From NCBI GenBank assembly GCA_964016885.1, contig OZ024740.1, positions 293,508,001-293,572,000 on the forward strand: a stretch of 64,000 nt of DNA, given 5' to 3'. The notes under the pieces are model-generated. The model made no database searches and was not told where the DNA came from. It saw nothing but the letters and a program-made list of their open reading frames with translations. Each line of letters begins with the position of its first letter. Positions within the stretch are counted from its first letter, which is position 1. The DNA comes from Eledone cirrhosa (taxonomy: Eukaryota). Both the position numbers and the translations under genes were made by a program. Of this stretch, positions 1 to 12,567 are shown piece by piece.

Positions 1-29
1 TTAAGTGATGGAAGGCAGGGGGCTGAATT

Positions 30-165
30 AAGTGGTAATGGTGATGGTGGTGTTAGTGGTGTTGTGGTGGTGGTGATGGTGGTGTTAGTTGTGCTGGTGG
101 TAGTTGTGATGGTGGTGTTAGTTGTGGTGGTGATGTTGTAGGTGGTGGTCGTGATGGTGGTTGAA
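30..165. repeat. Degenerate (GGT/GAT)n microsatellite
   Basis: Runs of ggt/gat/gtt triplets. Confidence 0.8.
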
Positions 166-322
166 AGAATTGTGACAACAATGACAGTAATGACATATAC
201 ACACTGTGTCATATTATACTCAGTAAGTAATGACATATACACACTATATCATATTATACCCTGTAAGCCTGTTGGTTTATCAGTTTCAGAGCCTATTTTC
301 TATATGTATTCAATCTTTTCAG

Positions 323-481
323 ATTTTATTATGGAGAAAAAGTAAGAGCGACAAGTTAGAATCACCAGCTGCTCCTTCTTTTGCTCACCGTTTAACATAT
401 TGTAAGAAGGAGGAACCCAGCTATGAAGAATTATGTCATTTAGTTGTAGAAAACTCAGCCCTTAAAAGATCTATGCATGAG
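323..481 (+). CDS. Penultimate coding exon of a probable class C GPCR (GPR156/GABA-B-like), start of the cytoplasmic tail
   Basis: Acceptor tcttttcag at 322 and donor GAG|gttagt at 481. 53 codons ILLWRKSKSDKLESPAAPSF...ELCHLVVENSALKRSMHE, phase 0/0, joining in frame to the exon at 4086. Confidence 0.65.
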
Positions 482-1339
482 GTTAGTATTTCATTGGCTT
501 ACATTTTTACAGTTTGGTCAGAGGTGGAAAGGCAGCTCCTAAGGGTAGCTGCTGGGCCTCTGGGGGTGATGGGATAGAAGAAGAAACCACAATTCATGAA
601 GTCCTTGTTTGAATATTTGCAACAGAGTGAACAGCAGATGGTGATATTAAAAACCTGATGGCGGATTTAGTCTCTCATCTGAAGATCTTCTATGAATTTT
701 CTGCAGTTTCATTAACACTAATTAGGTTGAACTGAATCTAGGTTAGTAGACACTAACCTAAAATGCTGCATGATGGGGTCTAGTCCAAAACTATGTGATT
801 CCAAAGTGAAATTCTGAACATGACCATGTGTGTATCCATATTACTTCTATACTTCTGTGGATCATTTATGTGGTATTTCTAATACCAAGCAGAGGCAGTA
901 CTGCAGTCACTGCTGTGGAAACTCACACATGATAGAATAAAAAGGGGTTGGTCTTGAGCTATATTTCAGGAGCATGTTTGTAAAGAATGAATTTGTGGAA
1001 GCCATACTGGATAGGGACAAGTAGAAAAGTATAATTATCAACGTTGTCTGAGGGAACTCAACATGATGATGATGATGTCAGTGGTGGTGGTGGTGGTGTT
1101 GTTTTGGTGGTGGTGGTAGTGATGATGATGATGATGCAGGACAGGGCTTTTATAATGTACAATGTTACAAATGGCAAGATTCAGGGAGATGTAGTTGGCG
1201 AATTGAAGTGATAGGTTACGCGCCTAAGTTATTTAGTGTCCCTACATTGGCTGTCCAACAAATATTCCCTAAAATAACCAGCTAACCACTGATTAGTTTA
1301 CCAAATATACAATAAGATACAGAATTGGCAATTTATGAT

Positions 1340-2520
1340 TGATAATGTTGTTGGAGGTATAAGTAAAACAGTGAGTGACATGAAAAGATGAGCTGGCTAC
1401 ATGTAGAGTAACATTCTGGATTAATGGACATGAAAAGATGAGCTGGCTACATGTAGAGTGACATTCTGGATTAATGGACATGAAAAGATGAGCTGGCTAC
1501 ATGTAGAGTAACATTCTGGATTAATGGACATGAAAAGATGAGCTAGCTACATGTAGAGTAACATTCTGGATTAATGGACATGAAAAGATGAGCTGGCTAC
1601 ATGTAGAGTGACATTCTGGATTAATGGACATGAAAAGATGAGCTGGCTACATGTAGAGTAACATTCTGGATTAATGGACATGAAAAGATGAGCTGGCTAC
1701 ATGTAGAGTGACATTCTGGATTAATGGACATGAAAAGATGAGCTAGCTACATGTAGAGTAACATTCTGGATTAATGGACATGAAAAGATGAGCTGGCTAC
1801 ATGTAGAGTGACATTCTGGATTAATGGACATGGACAGATGAGCTGGCTACATGTTGGGTGACATATTAGATTAATGGATATATGTTGCAATAGGAGTAAG
1901 AGTGGTCAAAGGATCCAGATTGGGTGTGAACAGAGGGTCATATAGACTGCAGTTGTATCTAAAGAAAGTGGATGTTCAGGAAAGATGTGAGGATGAAAGG
2001 TGAATGACTAGAGGTGATATATGCTCTGTTGGGTGGTGTCCTGGAGAGGTAACGTGACTGGCTGGTAGGTGAAAGGAGAAGAGGTATGGTTGGGGGTAAT
2101 ACAATGGGGGGGGGGCGGTTGGGGGGGGACATCAACAGCTACTTTGTAGCAAACTTCTTGCAAGAAATAGTGAATTATTGCAAGAATAGAAGTGTGATTG
2201 AGCAACAAATTCACTGACTTTTCTATATAGGTATCAAAGTTGGCAGGTGTAGGGGAATTTTGAATATGAAATACTAGATTTAAAGTGAGAGGGTAGGTAT
2301 AAGATAAATTGGAGTGTGTGTAGAAGTCAGTGGTTTTGTAAAAGATGGATGTAGATGGGTTGCAATGGTCAGTAGAAATAGCAATGTTCAGGGATTTAAC
2401 AGAGGTAATGGAGGTGGTAGATGTGAATTCTAAAGTAGGGTGGAAGGAGTTAACTAAGATGATGAAGGGGGTGAGTTATTTGTAGGTATGGAAGGTGGTA
2501 ACAATATAGTTGTTGGAATG
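1340..2520 (-). mobile_element. Degraded Penelope-like retroelement (RT to GIY-YIG region)
   Basis: Minus-strand remnants FIILVNSFHPTLEFTST...SIFYKTTDF (RT thumb) and SFHVTHCFTYTSNNII (GIY-YIG lead-in), with many stops. Confidence 0.6.
1379..1880. repeat. 50-bp minisatellite, about 10 copies
   Basis: Unit tgaaaagatgagctggctacatgtagagtRacattctggattaatggaca starts at 1381, 1431 ... 1831. Confidence 0.95.
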
Positions 2521-2706
2521 GATTCAGTTAAAAGAGTGAAAACTTTAGCTCCAACAAAGTTGGGGGACTTCTCACTATAAGCACCCCATCCTTTTAAGAG
2601 TATTTAGAACTACATTATCTAATGTGCCTTTTCCATTTATAAGAAGGTAGTGTGTGCTTAGTAGAATAATTGACAGCTAGTAGGTCAAGTGATCGATTGT
2701 GTAATG

Positions 2707-3276
2707 CAGGGATCCTCAAACTGTGGCCCTAGGAGCACATGCAGCCCTTAAGGATATTCAGAACAAGATAAGAATTATGCTCTTATCCAGCAGATTGCAT
2801 ATACCTAGCAACTGCATGACAGGGTGTTTCTATATGTTTCAAATATTTGCACCAATTTTTATATAAATTCAAACTACATTGCACGGTAGTAGTTGTAGTA
2901 ATAATCCATATCATAAAAGGAAACCTGTTCTCTGTCTGTCCATCACACTTCATATATATGTGTGTTTATTTTGTGTGGAAGGGGATTCAACATATAGGCA
3001 ACGCAACTTCAAAAAAAAGACAAAATACATGTGTGTGTGTGTGTTCTCTATGTCCTTCAACATATAGATAACACAACAGACTTTAAAAGACTTTCCCTGG
3101 AAAAAAACAAGTGTGTCTAACGAGTTTTTATTGACAACGTGGCAATTTTAAGAGCGAGTCTGTCATCATAAAAACATGAACTGTCTTTGATAGTATGGAT
3201 AATTCTAAAATGTGACCCTCATCTAAATTTTGAATTTTGATGTGGCCCTTTTATGCAAAAAGGTTGGGGACCACTA
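2707..3276. mobile_element. hAT (Charlie-like) non-autonomous element remnant
   Basis: Imperfect TIRs cagggatcctcaaactgtggccc and tgtggccc...aaaggttggggaccacta. Confidence 0.45.
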
Positions 3277-3684
3277 GTGTAAAGGATCCTTCATTGACTT
3301 GTAAATGCTTAATGTGTGGCCTCTATGTTTCATATACTAAAATGAAACTAAAATTGCATCTTATCCAAACTAACTTTATATCTTACTAACTCTTTCAGTG
3401 ACAGTTTCTAATCAGAATTTTGTTAATTTATTTCTATTCTTATATTTCTGTTGTCCATTGTGATATGGTGTGTGACAGATTGTTACACTTGGTGGTGAAT
3501 TGATGGTTGTTTTTGTTTGTTTTTTTCTCTTGCTTTGATCATATATTTTAGTGCGTTATATTTATGAGGTAATAAACTGTATTTATTATATGTGTTTATA
3601 TCTGTGTTGATATTTTCATTTATAGGAATTATAAACAATTTGTAATGTTTTTAAACAACTGTGAACTTAGGAAAATAAAATTTC

Positions 3685-4010
3685 TATACTAAATACTATG
3701 AATTATCACAACACCATACCACCCAATTTACAAATATACTAAACACTTGGGTTTATCTTAACACCATACCATGTAATTTACACATATACTAAAAGGAATT
3801 ATCTTAACACCATACTACATAATCTACACATATACTAAACACTAGGAATTATCTTAACGCCATACCATGTAATTTACACATATACTAAACACTTGGGGTT
3901 ATCTTAACACCATACTACGTAATTTATATACTAAACACTTAGGGTTATCTTAAAAACTCACCACTCAATTAATGCATATTCTAAATATAAGGAATTATCA
4001 TAACACCATT
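3685..4010. repeat. Degenerate ~48-bp tandem repeat family (also at 38430-38560 and 39230-39550)
   Basis: Unit close to tactaaacactaggaattatcttaacaccataccacgtaatttacaca. Confidence 0.75.
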
Positions 4011-4085
4011 ATTAACAATTTGTAATGTTATTTGTACAACTGTGAATAAAATTATTCTACATCATTTCTATTCTTATATTTCTAG

Positions 4086-4898
4086 AAAGAACTTCTGATT
4101 CACAATCTACAGCAACATTTAGCAACAGCCACTGGAAAACTTATGCAGATCTCTGATGATGGTGGGAAACATTCCAGGGAAATTGATAGGTCTTCCTCAA
4201 TAAGATACTGTCATGATAGTATAAGTGACAATAATCCAACAGAAGAAGAGACAAACTCAACTGAAAACATTAACAAATATAATGAAAATATGTTGGAAAC
4301 ATTCCCTTGTCAGCCTTCAGTTGAAGATATTTCAGACAAGAGAGGACAATATCAAGACATGAGCTTTAGAAATCTACATACTTCTTATAAAGTATCATCA
4401 TTAAATAAGTTATCATACTTACGAGATTCTATTGCAAATGATCTCACACAAGCTCATGATCTGAGTTCTACCCTCAAGGATTCTATCTCAAAAGATCTGA
4501 ATATCTCTCATAAGGAAAACTCATGGGTACACGACTCTATTCCTTTCCAAAAAACTGACATTGCTGGATCAATAACTCAATCATATGACCTTTCTGATGA
4601 CTCGGATACTTATTCTTATGTCAGTAGTTATATACCCAAATTAACATTTAATTACGTAAAAAATGACTGTCTTACATCATCAGAAAATATTAGTCCTCTA
4701 GCAAATGATAAGTTATACCCTGCTGTAAATAGTAAGGTTACCAGACATAAAAGGAAATGGAAAAAGCAACATAAGTCAAGCAAAAAGGATAAACAAAAAC
4801 CTGTCTATACTATTCAAGCATTACAAATTTCATCCAAATACTCAGATGAAACTCAAAATACTTCTGAAGAAATTAACAATCAAGATACAATTGTGTAG
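4086..4898 (+). CDS. Terminal coding exon of the same gene (coiled coil plus Ser/Asp-rich disordered tail)
   Basis: Acceptor tatttctag at 4085 is in frame with the 251-aa ORF 4143-4898. The junction reads HE|KELLIHNLQQHLATATGKLMQI, resembling from memory the GPR156 post-TM7 coiled coil EKxxxIxxLQxxxxxAxxK(I/L). Confidence 0.7.
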   Translation, partial: KELLIHNLQQHLATATGKLMQISDDGGKHSREIDRSSSIRYCHDSISDNNPTEEETNSTENINKYNENMLETFPCQPSVEDISDKRGQYQDMSFRNLHTSYKVSSLNKLSYLRDSIANDLTQAHDLSSTLKDSISKDLNISHKENSWVHDSIPFQKTDIAGSITQSYDLSDDSDTYSYVSSYIPKLTFNYVKNDCLTSSENISPLANDKLYPAVNSKVTRHKRKWKKQHKSSKKDKQKPVYTIQALQISSKYSDETQNTSEEINNQDTIV

Positions 4899-5683
4899 TT
4901 AGCTCAGAATTGTGCATAATGTCTGCCACTGACATCTGAAAGCTGTTGTTAATTTATCTAGTTAAAATGACAAGAAAGGAATTGTTATGGCTCCTTAGCT
5001 TAATGGTTAAAGCATAGAGCTGGTATCTGGAAGATATGGGGTTCAATTCTTCATAGCAGCCAATGGCAACTTCTGTTTTTTGCCTTTTAAGGGTCTTCCA
5101 CCTATTTTATAAGCTATCTTTATAGCATTTCTGTGCTTGAGCACTTTCTTTATACCTATATATATTCTTAGTACTTCAAAACATAAAAATCCGACTTTGT
5201 ACATTGTATATATAAATAAGTTTTTGCAAGTGTATGTTATATATTATTTTCTTTTTCTGATTATATGAAATTTTCATATAAAGAAGAAGCTGGTTTATAA
5301 CAAAGAAATGACATTCCGTCACTGTAGTTTAGAAAATTAAAATTATGAAGAGTTATTTGTTGAATTTTAGAAAAGTCTTGCATATGCTTACTATCCCACT
5401 TAAAAATTGTATTTGCTAACTGTGTTATCTGGTCTCTTTCTTTGCTTAAAATGTACCAGTTTTCTAGATTGCCACTCTATATAACCTCCATGCTTCCTGA
5501 AATTTGCCAACATTACACCCGATATTCCCCCTCCATACACACGCACACATGTATATCATGACTCATACACTGTTCACTTTCCTGACATTTGTACATTATT
5601 CTATGTACTTTACATGCACCTTTGATGAGTTGTAGTGCACCTGAGCATTTTACACAATAATTTCATTATCATTATTATAACTA

Positions 5684-5871
5684 GGGCGGTGGATTGGCAG
5701 TATCGGTAGAGGATCGGACGCCATGCTTTGACGCATAGAGTTGCGGCCCTTTCCAATCTCAGTTCAAATCCCGCCGAGGTTAACTTTGCCTTTCACCCTT
5801 ACGTGGTTGATAAAATAAAGTACCAGTAATACACTTGGTAATTGCTGGCCTTGTGCCAAAAAGTAGAAACA
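5684..5871 (+). mobile_element. tRNA-derived SINE family A, full length, with TSD
   Basis: A-box tggcagtatcgg, B-box gttcaaatcc, central gcctttcaycctta..gataaaataaagtacc. TSD attattataacta at 5671-5683 and 5872-5884. Confidence 0.9.
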
Positions 5872-6763
5872 ATTATTATAACTATGGGTACAGATGTACA
5901 CTATTATTTAAGTTTAAAAGCAGTTGTTCATAAATATCTCATTTCTTGCTAATTTTGAAAGAAAATTTCACATCTACTTCAGAGCTGAGCTCTATAATTG
6001 CAACTATTTTTTTGTGGTAAATGATTATATCAAGTCTGTTATATTTGCATTCTATTACTCAATTACTCTAACAGGCTGAGGCCATGCGGGACAACACCAT
6101 TCTATGGGAGATTTGATGGAAATGTTCTGCTAATATTCACTGTTTAGAAATATATGTATGTACTCAATTTCATGAATATTTTCTTTATTTATCCAAGGGC
6201 AGTCATTCTTAGGTAAAACAATACATCATATGGCATTGAAAGGTAGTAGCTTAGAAACATATTTGGGCAACTACTAATCACATGTATAATATTCTTCATA
6301 GAAATGTAACATAAAATGTAGCAAGAAAAGTCACAGAGTTATCATGTATGAAATAAACGATAAGACAGAATTTACATAATCTAATCATATTTATTAATTA
6401 TTCATATTTTGTGACACCAGCATGGAGCTGTTGTGTAGTCATTATAACAGTGACATGCACTTGTGTGATATCATCAGATGTTAACACAATTATGTTTGCA
6501 AAAGTCCAGGGATCATATCATGTTCTTTAAATCAAGTTTAAACAAATGGAAGAAAGAAACTAAATTCTATTCATCATCGTCATTTTAACATTTGCTTTCC
6601 CAGCTAGCAAGGGTTGAACAAGGAAAAGGTGTTTTTTTAATATTCATAAAATGCTGTTAAATTTAATATTTTTACACAGGAATTATATAATTAAATTATA
6701 TAAATAAAATGTTCTATTATTTTTACAAATTTATCCAATCAATCTTTTTTCTAATGTCATTCC

Positions 6764-6933
6764 TTAGTTTTCTAGCCAAATTTTACTCTATATATGTTTT
6801 ACAATGTCAAACAAGTGACCATCAGAATAGCCATCAATGAATCTCTTTCCATTTGAACAAATGTGGAAATTTTGACATGAATTTGGGTCTGGCTAATTTC
6901 CACTTGGTTTATCTCTGCATACATTTACAGGAC
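6764..6933 (-). pseudogene. Decayed CBM14 (peritrophin-A) chitin-binding exon of the chitinase-like gene
   Basis: After a taag acceptor, in phase 1: SPVNVCRDKPSGN*PDPNSCQNFHICSNGKRFIDGYSDGHLFDIVKHI*SKIWLEN*. TAG codons at 6893-6895 and 6788-6790. Confidence 0.75.
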
Positions 6934-8307
6934 CTTAATAATTAAACAAAAGTAGGATAACATATTTGAAAATTTAATACATATAATTTTATTCACAGTT
7001 GTATAAATAACATTACCAATTGTTCACAATTTTTTCAGAATGAAAATATAAACATAAATATAATAAATACAATTAACTATTGCTAGAAACTTTACAAATA
7101 CAACACACCAAAATATGAGAAAAAAAGGAGGTGAAAACAAAAACAAAAACAAAAACAAGCATTAATTCACCTCCAAGTGCGACAATTGATCACGCAACAC
7201 ACTACAAGGGTCATCAAAAAGTTTTAGGCAAGCTAACATACTGGCAGTTTTACTGTGGATGATAACGAGGCAAAGCAAAATAAAAGCGAACATAATTTAA
7301 TAAGGTACTACTAATATTTTACTGAAGCAAGAAAATGTTCATTTCATATAAAGTAATATTCTATTATTGAATCTTAATTGTAAAGGTGATGGATTGGCAA
7401 AAGTACCAACCAATCGATGGTATTAATGTAATTGAAATATCCTCACCACACATTTGGGACATTGTTTCTGTCAGAAATCAATATCAATAAGATGGAAGTG
7501 ATAGGTTAGGGGAATCAGTAAAACAGGAGACAAAATGACTTGCAATATTTATCTGCAACCTTTCCAAGGATGGCAAAGTACAATACCAGTCAATAATTGT
7601 TTGTATCCTGATTTTTAGAATAGATATACTGTATCCTTGCATGTTATTAGAGGCAACAAAAATGGTTGGCATCAGAAAGGGCATCTGGTTGTAAAACATT
7701 GTCTCAAAATACTCCATCCAACCCATGCCAGCAAGAAAAAGTGGGAATAAAAACGATGATAATGATGATAACTATAACCACTCCATGAATTTGTATAGAT
7801 GATAGTGTATGTTATGAGGGATATTTGACTGTTAATTCTTGCAAACCAAGTGACCACTTACAGGTTTCTTTACTATCTAGCTGGTCATTGCAGTAATCTA
7901 TTCTGATATCTGAGAGCCATTTGGTTGCTATTTTTAGCAAATCAAGTGGCCAGATAAAGGTTTTTCCACCTCTTGGCTAGTTGTTCCAGTATTCTAACTA
8001 TTTTGATATCTCTGAAGGATATTTGGTTACTATTTCTAGAAGATAGAGCGACCATGTATAGATTCCTTCATCTGATAAGTTGTTGCAGTGTCCTAGCTAT
8101 TCTGATAAATTTGCCTTCATACTTCAACTAAATATAAATAACTAGTACAAAGCTTCTAAGAATCATTATATTTTCATTGAGAATTATCTCCCCAATATAA
8201 TGAGTTCATGCTGACACTTCAGGGTTAATAAGAAAGCATCTACATAGACACTGAACCTGCTAAAAATAGTAGCAAAATCACCCTGAGACTGTACCTTATT
8301 ATCTTAA

Positions 8308-8537
8308 CCCTTTAGTTGCCAACCCGGTCAAAACCAGCTCTAGTTCTATGAAATAAAGTCACCCATTTTAATAGTTTCCAATTTACATTAAAATTTTCCA
8401 ACAATTTTATATAAGAACCTTACATTAAGTTACTATCTTACTAATGAAATAATTAATAATTTTCATAAATCCCTCAAAAGTTTTCATTAATTAATTGAAA
8501 TAGAATGTATTTCATTAGAAATGCAGTCACGAAAGGG
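8308..8537. mobile_element. piggyBac-like MITE
   Basis: ttaa-cccttt ... aaaggg-ttaa. Related decayed copies at about 11665-11890 and 25273-25500. Confidence 0.7.
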
Positions 8538-11149
8538 TTAAAAAATTATACATTGGAAAATGCAGGGGTTTGGAAAAAATCTAAAATATTAATAAGTGGG
8601 AGATTATTATTCGAGACCTGAGAGTAAGTACTAAACCAATGTAGCTTGGTAGGATACTGCTCCAGTATCCCCAAACCTTTATTCATTCTAATCTACTCAT
8701 TACTAATGTAAAATTGTTTTACTCTTTTGTTCTTTTACTGGTTTCAGTCTTCAACTGTGGCCATGCTGGAGCATGGCCTTCAATAGTTTTAGTCGATTAC
8801 ATCAACACTACTACTTATTTTATTGGTATCTATCAATTTGTGAAATTATGCTTTTTGAGACAACACCACCTTTTAAAATGAGCCAATCACCTTTCTAAAA
8901 GTCAATTACTGTCTATATTTTTCATGAAATCAACTTACAAAAAAAGTGAACTTAAGGAAATAACTCAAGTGAGCCCAATGACATGTTTTTAGATAACTCT
9001 GGTATATGGTGATGTAATGAATGATGTTTGCAAAAAAATGTAAATCAACTGAAATGTGCCTCATAGTTGGAGAAAGCAAACAAAATCCCTATGACAATTG
9101 CTAGTTACTCTCAAAGAATAATGTAGATAATTTCAAAAAATTAAGAAATAATTTTACAGCCAAATCAGTCTAATTAGTTTAGAAGGGCCTGTAAATATCA
9201 TGGCTCCCAAATAATTAATTAATTTTTATGGAAACCTCTTTATCAAGCAACATTTTATCTTAACACTTCCATCTTTTTCTTTATGTTATTACAGAAAGCA
9301 AGTGCATGGATATCTGGAAACTCTTAACAAAATAGCAGCTAAATTTCCCACAGTTCGCATGCTACTGTTTATATATGAGCACCCAGTCCACACAGGAAAG
9401 AGGTCATGTAGGTGTCATGATAAAAAGCACCCAGTCTACTTTGTAAAGTGGTCATTTTGGTGCAATGATAAAAAGCACCCAGTCCACACTATAAATGTGG
9501 TTGGCATTAAGAAGGACATCCATCCACAGAAACGAAGCCAAAATTGGTTCAGTGTGAGCAAGACATGGTCATCTGTTCTGGTTTGCTTCACAACTAGCCT
9601 AACCCATGCTAGCATGAAAAAATAGACATCAAACAATGATGATGATGATGAACTACATAATAATAATAACTGTTAGAAATAACAGCTAAATCTCTTTTAA
9701 ATCACATCCTTTTGCTTTATATACGTATATATATGCAAATATGAGCCAACAAAAGAGATTTCTATAGTTCAGAAATGACTGCAAGAGATTGCAGCTAAAC
9801 CTCTCTCAAACCATTGCCAATTATCCAATATATATGTATATACAACAATGGAGAGCTCAACAGGCTAGCTAAATCTAATAGAAATAGCATCCATATCTCC
9901 TACAAACATATCCTACTATATTTTGTAAGTAAATATTTATGTATGAAACAATGTGAGTGGGGATTCAAGATGATATCACAAGCTGACACAAGTAGCTGCC
10001 AAAAACATCCTAAAATTATGTCCTTCTGTATGAATCATCATCATCACCATTTAATGTCCATTTTTCCATGCTAGTTTGGGTTAGACGAGTTGTCCCATTG
10101 TGAGACAAGCAAGATCAGATGATCATCTTGCTCATACATAACACATTTTGACTTGGTTTCTATGGCTGGATGCCCTTCTTAATGCCAACTACATTTACAG
10201 TGTGTACTGTATGTATGGTCCAATAAAAAAACTTTTACTTTGAAGCTAGGCATGATAGAAATATGTCACAAATCTCCCTCATATCACTTTTTATGTATTA
10301 TCTATTTCTAAATGTATTCACGAGTCAACAAATGAGCCTTTATGTGGTAACTAGACCTAATACAAATAGGAGCCAAGTCATCCTTAAATCACCCTCTTAT
10401 GTATGTATATATAAATACATATTTTCATATGTATATCGCTATGTCAGAGCACCGATATAAATTTCTAATTTATGCTGGACTGGCTACCACTCCGTATGCA
10501 AATGAGTTTCATCAGGTCCTAAACATAAACAGAATTCTATAAGAATCCAGCTTAGTTTAGCTTCAGCAAAGGTGGGGAGATATCTAGTCTTGATAACCAC
10601 TTATAAGTCAGAAGCAGTGGCATCAACGATCACTTCCTCTGGCTTTTGCTGCAGTTAGGTATGTGATGATCGTCACAACCTTAAAATTCATAGTGAAAGG
10701 CCTTCCAAATGTTTTTTATATTCATCCTGTATATTATTAAATATACTATATGTACATTTATATGTATATATTTAGCAGTCAGATTATCTTCAAACCACAA
10801 GCTATTGAATTATGTATACATATATCTGAGCCAACAAGAGTGCCTCCTCTCCTATACAGCAGATAGACTTGTTAGAAATAGCTACCAAATCTCACTCAAA
10901 TCACTGTTTTATGGGTGTATATATGTCTGTATGAACCAATGAGTGAGACCTTCAAGTTGTAGTATAAGACATGTTAGAATTAGTCATGAAGTCTGCCTCA
11001 AATTTCACCCTTTTGTGTTATGTTAGTTTGATACCATAGCAAGGCATTGACAGACTATTCTGTTAGTATAATATAAAACCAGTTTTGTTAGTATAAAAGT
11101 AAAACATTCCAATTCATCAGCTGTAATTCAATGGTTTAATAATAATAAT

Positions 11150-11565
11150 TGTTTCTACTTTTGGCACAAGGCCAGCAATTACCCAGTGCATTACTGGTAC
11201 TTTATTTTATCGACCCCGTAAGGATTAAAGGCAAAGTTAACCTCGGCGGGATTTGAACTCAGACCATAAAGGGCCGTAACTCTTTGCTGCAAAGCATGGT
11301 GTCCGAACCTCTACCGATACTGCAAATTCACCGCCCATGGTTTAATAATAATAATAATGGTTTCTTATGTAGGCACGAGGCCAGCAATTTTGGGGGAGAG
11401 GAAAGTCGATTAAATCGACCCCAGGGCATTACTGGTACTTTATTTTATTGACCCCTTAAGGATGAAAGGCAAAGCTAACCTTGGCAGGATTTGAACTCAG
11501 AACATAAGGGGCTATAACTCTATGCTGCAAAGCATGGTGTCTGACGCTCTACTGATACTGCCAAA
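11150..11565 (-). mobile_element. Two tandem SINE family A copies
   Basis: 11150-11336 with TSD atggtttaataataataat, and about 11359-11565. Confidence 0.9.
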
Positions 11566-12044
11566 TGTAACATAAAAGTACTTACTTCATTGTTTTCATG
11601 GTATCATTCTGTGAGAAAGAAAATGGAAAATAGTCATAAGAAATTATTTTGATTTGTTGATTTAACACTTTTCATACCAACCCTAAGCTCCAAACGACCT
11701 TTAGTTGTATGAAACAAAATTATTTAAAAATATATCTATTCAATTGAAAACCTTCCAGCATATACTTTTACTTTTTGTTAAGTTCAAATACCATCCTAAA
11801 GAAATAAATAGTAATTTTAGTAAATCCCTTCAAATTCTTTATTAATTTCAGAAGTCATGTATTTCATTAGAAATATGGTATTTATTACCATAAAGATAAA
11901 AATTATTACAGATAAAGATAAAAAATATAGAAATCTTCAAAATGTTAATGAGGCAATTAATGTAAATTAACAGAGGTGACAAACTGATCAAAACAAGCAG
12001 TTTTGTGAATTAAATTATACATGTGTGTTGTTATTTAGCCTCCA

Positions 12045-12175
12045 TGTCAACCTGGTTGGCTGGTTTCTTGAAGTTTGTGTTGCAGATTATTAAGTCAAGA
12101 GTATCACAGAACTCCAGAAACCTAGTCGTCCTCTCATTGAGCCACAACCATAGCGTCCATGTGTAGCAAGGAGTC
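12045..12175 (-). mobile_element. RTE-like endonuclease fragment
   Basis: Minus strand reads HGRYGCG...RFLEFCDTLDLIICNTNFKKP. Confidence 0.6.
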
Positions 12176-12567
12176 TGTCAGATCTCTTTTAATCATGAAA
12201 AATTAATTAATCCCACCATACCTTATTGCCTACATACTGTATCCAATTCTTTTTCTCTGGAACTACCTTCAAAACCTTAAAACAACTCCCAACTAAACAT
12301 TCATTCTTTTTCCCACTTTGTGATTTATATCTAGAAGAGTAAAAACCATTAGTAAATAAAAGGAAAGAAAGAATAGGGAAATATAGAGAAAAAAGAGAGA
12401 AAGAAAGAAGAAAAAGAACGGCAAGGGAGGGGATGGCAAGAGCTCTGGTGTCACAGAAGAGAGGGGAAGGGTGAAGGGGAGGGTTATTGGGCCTAGGGCA
12501 AGAGGGCAGAAATGCTGCGCCCCGCGGACAAGATGGCAAAAGATGCAAAGAAAAATGATATACTTAC

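Noticed and set aside
4989-5062. tRNA gene
   Set aside because: A and B boxes are present but the stems pair poorly. It is more likely an old SINE head in the 3'UTR.
6788-6895. A-to-I editing rescuing the CBM14 exon (UAG>UGG twice, UAU>UGU)
   Set aside because: This is tempting in a coleoid and would restore Cys4. But Cys5 would become Trp and Cys6 is absent, so the disulfide set could not form. Decay is simpler.
7370-7610. Additional chitinase linker or CBM exon
   Set aside because: There are possible acceptors, but all frames are short and lack CBM14 cysteine spacing.
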